DNA of 10,631 nt. Source: Patescibacteria group bacterium. GTDB lineage: Bacteria; Patescibacteriota; Minisyncoccia; Phycocordibacterales; JBBUBG01. Made by a program: the position numbers and the translations under genes. Every line of letters starts with the position of its first letter. The stretch's first letter is position 1. Below the pieces are notes generated by a model that saw only the letters and a program-made list of their open reading frames with translations, searched no databases and was not told the origin of the DNA. Positions 1 to 6,430 of this stretch are shown here, one piece after another. Location: assembly GCA_040384765.1 (NCBI GenBank), contig JAZKIQ010000007.1, forward strand, positions 1 through 10,631, written 5' to 3'.

Positions 1-199
1 GAAGTTGGAATTGCTAGTAATCGCAGGTCAGCTATACTGCGGTGAATACGTTCTCGAGTCTTGTACTCACCGCCCGTCAAGTCAGGGAAGCCGGGAGCGC
101 CCGAAGTCTCACGTATGTGGGCCTAAGGCGAGCTTGGTAACAAGGATTAAGTCGTAACAAGGCACGGGTAGCGGAAGCTGTTCGTGGAATTTTTCAATG
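1..199 (+). rRNA. rrs: 16S rRNA, 3' end (partial); divergent, with short h44 and no anti-SD
   Basis: Conserved SSU motifs are present: GCTAGTAATCGC, GGTGAATACGTTC, TTGTAC(T)CACCGCCCGTC and AAGTCGTAACAAGG (149-162). The h45 hairpin is CACGGGTAGC-GGAA-GCTGTTCGTG. The 3' end is placed by alignment to the E. coli tail and is approximate. Confidence 0.97.
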
Positions 200-415
200 A
201 AAAATCGGTGTACGTCCTTCGGGGCGCACTCCTGATCGTGTCGATGTTCTGGGTTCCTTAAGGATTCGGAACGGATAATGATTGTGTATCTCGAAACACC
301 AATCGGGCAGCCAGGGAAGACTGGTTCGGTCGGTCCGCAAGGATTTAGGCTGAGGGGCAGAACAAAAGAATAAGTATTTGTTTCTCGAGATCATTGTGCT
401 TTCAGTTTTCAAATA

Positions 416-449
416 ATGCAAAAAAGCGCCGTAAGGCGCTTTTTTGTAT
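416..449. terminator. Bidirectional intrinsic terminator between the 16S transcript and the convergent CDS
   Basis: AAAAAAGCGCC-GTAA-GGCGCTTTTTT: a GC stem with an A-tract on one side and a T-tract on the other. Confidence 0.9.
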
Positions 450-469
450 TTCTAGTCCCTGAGTCGAGT

Positions 470-613
470 CTACGCTGCTTTGCTCAGAGCCAGTCACAGC
501 TCGCTTTCTTCTGAAAGCGGTCGCGACCCCGCCTCCTCGCCTTCGCTCGTCCGGCCCGTGGCTCTGGTAACTGCTGCGCTAGCTCGCAGTTACGCAGCCT
601 TGGTCAGAGCCAC
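470..613 (-). repeat. Structured repeat element A: 65-bp scaffold (493-557) with arms derived from the host gene
   Basis: The scaffold aligns without gaps to 1435-1499 (43/65 identical by manual count). It is flanked by an imperfect direct repeat at 471-492/591-612 and carries an inverted arm GTGGCTCTG at 558-566. Confidence 0.75.
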
Positions 614-1060
614 GCCACCCACTGTAAAGGCCAAGGCTGAGAGTGCGAGTGCAAGGATGATCTCTCTTGCATCACCTCCAACTCCAGTGTTAGGCAGGCC
701 AGGTGTTGCTGTTGTATTTTCAGCATTCACGCCCTGGTTGAGGCCGGTCGAGTTTGCACTAGTATTCGCCGCCGCTCCTGCTGTTGTGTAGTAGTAGAGG
801 TATGAGTTGTCGTTTGGATCTGTATTCTGTCCGTTCACATTCAGGCTTGTGTTCGCCGCCGCTCCGTTTGTGTCGGCTGGATCGGCACTCGACTGTGATG
901 AGCCTGTCTGCCCGTTGTAATAATAGTAGTACGTTCCTTCTGTGTAATCAGGCGTGCCTGCGCCTCCTGTTGTGGCGGTCTGTGCAAATGCCGCTCCCGC
1001 TGCAAGCGCGAACCCAGCTGTAAATGCTCCGGCTCCTGCGATTATTTTTGAAAATGTCAT
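590..1060 (-). CDS. Secreted low-complexity surface protein with a C-terminal LPNTG (sortase-like) motif and TM helix
   Basis: Signal peptide MTFSKIIAGAGAFTAGFALAAGAAFA|QT, a T/N/G/A-rich body with two Tyr runs, and PGLPNTG followed by a hydrophobic helix. ATG 1060 is preferred over the ORF-track start at 1081. Confidence 0.8.
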   Translation of the reverse strand: MTFSKIIAGAGAFTAGFALAAGAAFAQTATTGGAGTPDYTEGTYYYYYNGQTGSSQSSADPADTNGAAANTSLNVNGQNTDPNDNSYLYYYTTAGAAANTSANSTGLNQGVNAENTTATPGLPNTGVGGDAREIILALALSALAFTVGGVALTKAA

Positions 1061-1129
1061 AATTAATGGACTACATAACAACGATATCTTTTGACCTTTG
1101 CTTCGAGGACGCGCTCAGCTGTGTTTCAT

Positions 1130-1164
1130 TACAAAAAGAGCACCTAAAGGGTGCTCTTTTTGTA
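1130..1164. terminator. Intrinsic terminator downstream of the tRNA locus (minus-strand transcript)
   Basis: 15-bp inverted repeat TACAAAAAGAGCACC-N5-GGTGCTCTTTTTGTA. Confidence 0.85.
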
Positions 1165-1170
1165 GATACA

Positions 1171-1211
1171 TTGGTGCGCGCGCCAAGATTCGAACTTGGG
1201 ACCTATCGAGT
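1171..1211 (-). repeat. Perfect 41-bp duplicate of the tRNA-Ile 3' half (A37 through CCA)
   Basis: Identical to 1279-1319. Confidence 0.95.
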
Positions 1212-1251
1212 GAGGAGCGAAGGCTTGGAGCTCCGCAAGACCTTTTGCGAG

Positions 1252-1388
1252 CTTTTAAAACTACTTTAATTGCCGAGCTTGGTGCGCGCGCCAAGATTCG
1301 AACTTGGGACCTATCGAGTATCAGTCGATTGCTCTACCAACTGAGCTACGCGCGCACTAAGCGCATTAATTTAAAGTAGTTTTAAAAG
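1252..1388. repeat. 18-bp perfect inverted repeat bracketing tRNA-Ile
   Basis: CTTTTAAAACTACTTTAA (1252-1269) pairs with TTAAAGTAGTTTTAAAAG (1371-1388). The stem extends outward via 1240-1247/1392-1399 and 1227-1232/1404-1409. Confidence 0.9.
1280..1355 (-). tRNA. tRNA-Ile(GAT), 76 nt, CCA encoded
   Basis: Cloverleaf: GCGCGCG TA GCTC AGTTGGTA GAGC A ATCGA CT-GAT-AC TCGAT AGGTC CCAAG TTCGAAT CTTGG CGCGCGC A CCA. Confidence 0.95.
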
Positions 1389-1417
1389 ATCCAAAAGGTG
1401 TACAGCTCCTGTAGGGA

Positions 1418-1538
1418 GTCGGTAGAGAGCAACTGTCACAGGTTCTTTTCTGCTGAAAAGCCCTGCGACCCCGCCTCGCGCACTTTTGCGCTCCGGCCCT
1501 TGATTGCTTCAGGTCTTCGCAATCAAGCTACGCGCGCA
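1418..1538 (-). repeat. Structured repeat element B: 65-bp scaffold (1435-1499) plus a degenerate copy of the tRNA 5' half (1500-1537)
   Basis: Same scaffold as element A. The 13-bp AGCTACGCGCGCA at 1526-1538 equals 1344-1356. Confidence 0.75.
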
Positions 1539-1553
1539 TAAAATGTAAACCTT

Positions 1554-1582
1554 ACCCTATCAAAAAATCGAAGCTCCTTCAA
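1554..1582 (-). promoter_or_regulatory. Putative sigma70 promoter for the tRNA locus
   Basis: TTGAAG-N17-TAGGGT with an extended -10 TG, located upstream of the outer tRNA-like 5' fragment. Confidence 0.45.
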
Positions 1583-1588
1583 GCCCTT

Positions 1589-1617
1589 TTGCCTTTTCTG
1601 CCCATGACCGTTAGTAT
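1589..1617 (+). promoter_or_regulatory. Putative sigma70 promoter for murC (leaderless)
   Basis: TTGCCT-N17-TAGTAT, ending 6 nt before ATG 1624. Confidence 0.55.
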
Positions 1618-1623
1618 TGCCCA

Positions 1624-2922
1624 ATGACCCTCTCGGAGCTTGGCGAATTGAAAAAGGTGCATTTTATCGGCATCGGCGGCATCGGCGTATCGGCTATTGC
1701 TCGCAAGATGCTTCTTGAAGGTACAAAGGTGGCAGGCTCAGATCAGAGCGAGTCGCCTATTACGGAGGAGCTCAAAAAGCTTGGTGCAGAGGTGTATATC
1801 GGGCATCGGGCAGGGAACCTGGCCGATGATGCAGATCTCGTTGTGTACACTATTGCAATTCCTGATACGAATTCTGAGCTCGTGAAGGCAAAGGAGTTGG
1901 GCATCCGGACCCATACCTATCCAGAGATGCTTGGCGCTATCTCAGCCGAGCATTTTACAGTCGCTATTTCGGGTACTCATGGCAAAACTACAACAACGGC
2001 GATGCTTGGAAAGGTTGCCCGGGACGCCAAGCTCGACCCGACGGTGATCGTTGGCAGCATCATGAAAGATGCCCAGTCTAATTTGATTGTTGGCCAGGGG
2101 AAATATCTTATTGCTGAAGCATGCGAGTACCGCCGATCTTTCCTCAATCTCTTCCCAAAAGTGCTGGTTATAACAAATATCGATGCAGCTCATCTCGACT
2201 ACTACAAAGATCTTGCTGATGTGCAAAAAGCTTTTTCTGAGCTTGTAGCAAAAATGGGAAAGGAGGGGGTGCTTGTGTGCAATCCAAACGATCCGCATGT
2301 CGCGCCGGTGGCTGAAAAAGCCGAGTGTCTTGTGGTTGACTACACAAAGGTGGACCCGCACTTTACTCTCAAGGTGCCTGGCGAACATAATATTAAAAAT
2401 GCTCAGGCGGCGACTGCTGCAGCGGGTGTTATCGGCGTCTCTGAGGGTGCTATACGCTCTTCGCTCGCAGAGTTTAGCGGCACTTGGCGCCGCCTTGAGG
2501 ATAAAGGGCTTACCAAGGAAGGGGCTCACCTCTACGACGACTATGCCCATGAACCCGAAGAGGTGGCAGCGTCTCTTTCAGCCATTCGCGGGTTGTATCC
2601 GGACAAAAAAATCACGGTCGTTTTCAGGCCGCACCTCTACTCACGTACCAAGACGCTACTTCGCGAGTTCGGAATGAGTTTCAAGGATGCTGATGAGATT
2701 TTAGTGACTGACATATATGCTGCTCGAGAGCCACTCGATCCATCTATCCACGCGCGTGACGTTGTGGCAGAGATTGGCAAGCACAAAAGTGGCGCGACCT
2801 ATGTTGAAAATTTTGTTTATGCCGAAACCTATCTCCGCGATAGGCTAAAGCCGGAAGAGGTGGTGATCACCATGGGTGCCGGCGATATCTACGAGCTTGC
2901 AGAAAAGCTCGCGCAAAAATGA
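1624..2922 (+). CDS. murC: UDP-N-acetylmuramate--L-alanine ligase
   Basis: Motifs HFIGIGGIGVS, GTHGKTTTTAM, EACEY, DDYAH, FxPHLYSRT and MGAGDI. Confidence 0.93.
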   Translation: MTLSELGELKKVHFIGIGGIGVSAIARKMLLEGTKVAGSDQSESPITEELKKLGAEVYIGHRAGNLADDADLVVYTIAIPDTNSELVKAKELGIRTHTYPEMLGAISAEHFTVAISGTHGKTTTTAMLGKVARDAKLDPTVIVGSIMKDAQSNLIVGQGKYLIAEACEYRRSFLNLFPKVLVITNIDAAHLDYYKDLADVQKAFSELVAKMGKEGVLVCNPNDPHVAPVAEKAECLVVDYTKVDPHFTLKVPGEHNIKNAQAATAAAGVIGVSEGAIRSSLAEFSGTWRRLEDKGLTKEGAHLYDDYAHEPEEVAASLSAIRGLYPDKKITVVFRPHLYSRTKTLLREFGMSFKDADEILVTDIYAAREPLDPSIHARDVVAEIGKHKSGATYVENFVYAETYLRDRLKPEEVVITMGAGDIYELAEKLAQK

Positions 2923-3599
2923 GCACTCTTTTTATTGTTTCAACGCCGATCGGTAACCTCGAAGATATTACGCTTCGGGCTATTCGCATTTTGAAGGAGG
3001 TTGATCTCATTTTGTGTGAAGATACGCGCGAGACAAAGAAGCTTCTTGATAAGTACGAGATTTCAAAACAGCTGCTTTCGTACAACGCTCATGCAACAGA
3101 TGCCCGGCATACGGAGGTGATCGAACTTCTTCGTGAAGGTAAAAATATTGCACTGGTATCAGATGCCGGCACACCCACCATTTCAGATCCAGGTTCAATG
3201 ATCGTAGCTCGCGCGAGAGAAGCTCTGGGAGATGAGCTCTCGATCGTTCCTATCCCGGGCCCTTCCGCACTTCTTTCTGCTCTTGCGGCCTCCGGATTCC
3301 CTGCGTCAGATTTTCTGTTCTTGGGCTTTTTGCCGCACAAAAAGGGGAGAGAGACGTTGTTTAAAGAGATTGCTGCCTCAGAGCGCACCGTGGTTTTTTA
3401 TGAATCTCCGCATCGATTTGAGAAGGCGCTTTTGCAGCTTTCAGCCGTTGCCGTAGGTCGGCGGATCTGCGTCGCCCGAGAGCTTACAAAACTATTCGAG
3501 GAGGTGAAGGTTGGAACGGTAGAAGAGATTTCTGCATATTACACAGAGAATCCCGACAAGATGCGCGGGGAGTTTGTGGTTGTGGTTTCGAGTATTTAA
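2919..3599 (+). CDS. rsmI: 16S rRNA (cytidine1402-2'-O)-methyltransferase
   Basis: Motifs TPIGNLEDITLRA, CEDTR, SDAGTPTISDPG, YESPHR, RELTKLFEE and RGEFVVVV. ATGA overlap with murC. Confidence 0.95.
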   Translation: MSTLFIVSTPIGNLEDITLRAIRILKEVDLILCEDTRETKKLLDKYEISKQLLSYNAHATDARHTEVIELLREGKNIALVSDAGTPTISDPGSMIVARAREALGDELSIVPIPGPSALLSALAASGFPASDFLFLGFLPHKKGRETLFKEIAASERTVVFYESPHRFEKALLQLSAVAVGRRICVARELTKLFEEVKVGTVEEISAYYTENPDKMRGEFVVVVSSI

Positions 3600-3621
3600 A
3601 CTATCCACCTACTACCCTCTC

Positions 3622-3829
3622 GAAAAATAAAAAGCAAAATAGTTTCAGAAACATCTGCAGCTGACCTTAAAAATAAGGGAGCATTCGGCCATCAAAAATA
3701 GGGGTCGTAGCCTGTAAATGGCGAGGGAACCGCGGCGCGGTTTCCTCGCGCATTTTTGAATGGCCGAGGCAACCATTATTTTGTAGTCGGCGAAGCTGTT
3801 TCTGAAACTATTTTGCTTTTTCATTTTTC
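3622..3829. repeat. ~200-bp fold-back (long imperfect palindrome) element, MITE/REP-like
   Basis: A perfect 25-bp IR at 3629-3653/3797-3821, inner arms at 3685-3699/3752-3767, and a central GC hairpin at 3721-3749. Confidence 0.85.
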
Positions 3830-3840
3830 CGTTCTACACT
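3813..3840 (+). promoter_or_regulatory. Putative sigma70 promoter (leaderless)
   Basis: TTGCTT-N16-TACACT, ending 6 nt before ATG 3847. Confidence 0.55.
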
Positions 3841-3846
3841 CTCTTT

Positions 3847-4056
3847 ATGCAGCGCCACCTCTCAAAATTATGGGGCATCTTCTTTCTCGGCGTATGGATC
3901 ATGGTGATCCCTCTTCTTGGCGTTCCCCGCTCATGGATCAACGCCTTTGTTATCTTTTCGGGCCTTGCGGTAGTGGTGACGTCGTTTCTCCTCGCTCGTG
4001 GTCTTGCTCAGAATGTTCCATCGACACACGCCCCTCGCGATGTACACTCGAGCTAA
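3847..4056 (+). CDS. Small two-TM membrane protein
   Basis: Two hydrophobic segments separated by PLLGVPRSW, a pattern I recall from small Parcubacteria proteins. It has a promoter directly upstream and overlaps the next gene. Confidence 0.7.
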   Translation: MQRHLSKLWGIFFLGVWIMVIPLLGVPRSWINAFVIFSGLAVVVTSFLLARGLAQNVPSTHAPRDVHSS

Positions 4057-5200
4057 TATTTCTCTCATAGCCACAGCGCTTCTTCTCGGCGGAGCTGGCC
4101 TTTTTTTGATACAGATGAAAAGTGCGCCTGTTGCTTATGTTGCATCCGCACAGGGTGAGGCTACTTCGACCCCGGCTATTCCTCCTGAGCCTGTTTTTGT
4201 CGTCACCCACGTTCCCATGCCAGAATCGGTGAAAGCAATCTATATGACTTCTTGGGTGGCGGGGACAAAAAGCCTTCGGGAAAAACTCGTGAAGCTTATT
4301 GATGAGACGGAGGTAAATGCGGTCGTAATTGATGTAAAAGACTACACTGGCCGCATTGTATTTCCTGTCCAGGATCCTTATCTAAAAGAGATCGGTGCCG
4401 AAGAGGTGAGGGTGCGCGATATGAAAGAGTTTATCGGCGTACTTCACGAAAAAGGTGTCTACGTGATTGGTCGTATTTCTTCGTTTCAAGATCAGTATCT
4501 TACCGAAAAGCGGCCAGAGCTTGCCGTGCGTCGTGCGTCAGATGATGGCATCTGGAAAGATCGCAAAGGGATCAGCTGGCTCGACGCAGGCTCGCGTGAG
4601 GTGTGGGACTATCTGGTGGCTGTAGGCAAAGAGTCCTATAGAGCGGGGTTTGATGAGCTCAACTTCGACTACATTCGCTTCCCTTCAGACGGCAACATGA
4701 AAGATATTGCGTACCGCTTTTATGATGAGTCGACGATGACAAAGGCCGATCAGATGAAGGAATTTTTTGCCTATCTGCACGGAGAGCTTTCAGGTACTGG
4801 TCCTGTACTGTCGGCTGATTTTTTTGGACTTACCTCTTCTGCGACAGGAGATTTGGGTATTGGGCAGATTCTTGAAAATGCCGCCCCCTATTTCGATGCT
4901 ATTGCCCCAATGGTGTACCCCTCGCACTATGCGTCGGGGTTTAACAATCTGAAAAATCCTGCCGATCATCCCTATGAGGTGATCTTTTCTGAGATGCAAA
5001 AGGCGAGCGAAAAGCTTACTGCAGCAAGCTCTACTCCGGCAAAGCTTCGCCCCTGGCTTCAGGATTTCAACCTCGGTGCTACCTATACAGGAGATATGAT
5101 CCAAAAGCAGAAACAGGCGGTGTACGACGCAGGCTTGACCTCATGGATGATCTGGTCCCCTTCGAATGTGTACACAAAAGGCGGGCTCGATGTTGAGTAA
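4040..5200 (+). CDS. Putative glycoside hydrolase (DUF4015-like), N-terminally anchored or secreted
   Basis: Motifs VKAIYMT, NAVVIDVKD, GFDELNFDYIRFP, PMVYPSHY and RPWLQDF. A hydrophobic N-terminus follows ATG 4040, which is preferred over 3998. Confidence 0.8.
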   Translation: MYTRANISLIATALLLGGAGLFLIQMKSAPVAYVASAQGEATSTPAIPPEPVFVVTHVPMPESVKAIYMTSWVAGTKSLREKLVKLIDETEVNAVVIDVKDYTGRIVFPVQDPYLKEIGAEEVRVRDMKEFIGVLHEKGVYVIGRISSFQDQYLTEKRPELAVRRASDDGIWKDRKGISWLDAGSREVWDYLVAVGKESYRAGFDELNFDYIRFPSDGNMKDIAYRFYDESTMTKADQMKEFFAYLHGELSGTGPVLSADFFGLTSSATGDLGIGQILENAAPYFDAIAPMVYPSHYASGFNNLKNPADHPYEVIFSEMQKASEKLTAASSTPAKLRPWLQDFNLGATYTGDMIQKQKQAVYDAGLTSWMIWSPSNVYTKGGLDVE

Positions 5201-5242
5201 AAGGTTTGTAGGACATTGGTCGGTCTATTTAATATCTGCAAG

Positions 5243-5293
5243 AAGACCCGAGCAATTGTGTATGCTCGGGTCTTGTGACGCATGGCGTCACAA
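5243..5293. terminator. Tandem hairpins between convergent genes (probable terminator)
   Basis: AAGACCCGAGCA/TGCTCGGGTCTT (5243-5274) and TTGTGACGC/GCGTCACAA (5273-5293). The U-tracts are weak. Confidence 0.55.
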
Positions 5294-5298
5294 AAGAA

Positions 5299-6405
5299 CT
5301 AGATACCAGGGTCAGAAGTACCGACACTCCAGGTGCTCCGCATCTTCTTAAACTGCTTGAAGTCGCGCGTCCCATCCTTGAACTTCACCTTGTGGTGAGG
5401 GAGGAACGCGAACTGCCCGTTCTCAAGATGAATACAGTGCAGGAGGTCGTTTCCTTCGTACCAGTCGACCGTAAAGAGGTACTGGCCAGTGAGCCAGATC
5501 CTCCGCTCCTTAAAGAATGCGTTCACACCTCCTTTGAGTTCCCTGTGACAGATGAGTACAAACTTCTCTGATGGGCAGTCGTGATATACAAGCTCTTTCC
5601 GCGAGAGAACGAGATCGCCGCAATGAGGAACCTCAGGGCTCCCTACGGCATCTGGCGGAAGGTAGGAGAAGACGCTGCCATCGAATGTGCGTACCGTGAA
5701 CGTTGGGACCGAACCTTTGTAGCACGCGAGCGCAAACGCTCGAGCGGGGACAAACTCGCCCTCGTGGTCTGGATCCATGTCGTAGAAGAACTCTTCGCCG
5801 ACCATCAGATCGAGCGGCAGAGGGAGATCCGCGTGAACGAAGCTGTGGATGTCCTGATTCGTTCTTGAGTCGCTTGCAACAGCCTCAGCTATCGAAGGGA
5901 GTACCTCCTCCATTGTTGCTATTCGTGTTCGGTCGCAAGGCTTGTACGAGATCGTGAACACCTGTTTAAAACGCTGTCCCCCGATAAGCCTGGTCTTTGC
6001 AAGATAAGCGAGGTAGGTGCCAATGATCTCGACTCCCTCCTCAAACACTGTTCCCGGCTCACCGCCAGGGCGCGTGAGGCAGATCGCAATATCCTTCTCG
6101 GAGCGGAAGAGATGCATAAAGTCGCGTGGGTTTCGGATGCCGCTGATAACGCAGGGGCGATCGAGGTCATGATGCATTGCCAGATACTCCACACATGCTG
6201 CTGGCTTCTTTGCGAGCTCTGCGATCGAGAATGCCGTGATAGCGGCAACATACTCCTCGCGCGACGGAAACGAATCAACGCTTCGTCCGAAGCGCGCCTT
6301 CACCCACTCGGAAGCCTCTATGTGAGGGATGTTACATTCTCCCGCGAGCGCCTTTCCAAGGGTTGTCTTTCCATCACCTGTCTTGCCAATAATGAACAGT
6401 CGCAT
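5299..6405 (-). CDS. P-loop (NMP/dNMP kinase-like) domain fused to a C-terminal phage-like domain of unknown function
   Basis: N-terminal IIGKTGDGKTT Walker A and an ISGIR motif. The C-terminal region contains EEFFYD, YLFTVDW and LENGQFA. SD AAGGAG lies 7 nt upstream. Confidence 0.7.
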   Translation of the reverse strand: MRLFIIGKTGDGKTTLGKALAGECNIPHIEASEWVKARFGRSVDSFPSREEYVAAITAFSIAELAKKPAACVEYLAMHHDLDRPCVISGIRNPRDFMHLFRSEKDIAICLTRPGGEPGTVFEEGVEIIGTYLAYLAKTRLIGGQRFKQVFTISYKPCDRTRIATMEEVLPSIAEAVASDSRTNQDIHSFVHADLPLPLDLMVGEEFFYDMDPDHEGEFVPARAFALACYKGSVPTFTVRTFDGSVFSYLPPDAVGSPEVPHCGDLVLSRKELVYHDCPSEKFVLICHRELKGGVNAFFKERRIWLTGQYLFTVDWYEGNDLLHCIHLENGQFAFLPHHKVKFKDGTRDFKQFKKMRSTWSVGTSDPGI

Positions 6406-6430
6406 GAACCTACTCCTTTGTTCGCGCTAG

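Noticed and set aside
194-791. ORFs 194-421 (-) and 480-791 (+)
   Set aside because: They overlap the rRNA trailer, the repeat element or the antisense strand of a better gene, and show no protein features.
1171-1319. Prophage or island attL/attR pair
   Set aside because: The duplication looks like an att site, but only 67 bp separate the copies and no integrase is present. At most it is a scar.
1066-1379. ORFs 1066-1269 and 1098-1379 (the latter with a repeated peptide)
   Set aside because: They are antisense read-throughs of the tRNA and its duplicated half.
1172-1537. tmRNA or group I intron-containing tRNA
   Set aside because: There is no G3-U70 Ala acceptor stem and no evident tag frame. 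The insert does not follow U33 or end in G, I see no group I core, and removing it would leave no anticodon.
470-1538. CRISPR array
   Set aside because: There are no regularly spaced repeats with unique spacers and no cas genes.
3756-4070. 104-aa ORF
   Set aside because: It starts inside the palindrome. The 69-aa frame has the promoter and the membrane-protein pattern.
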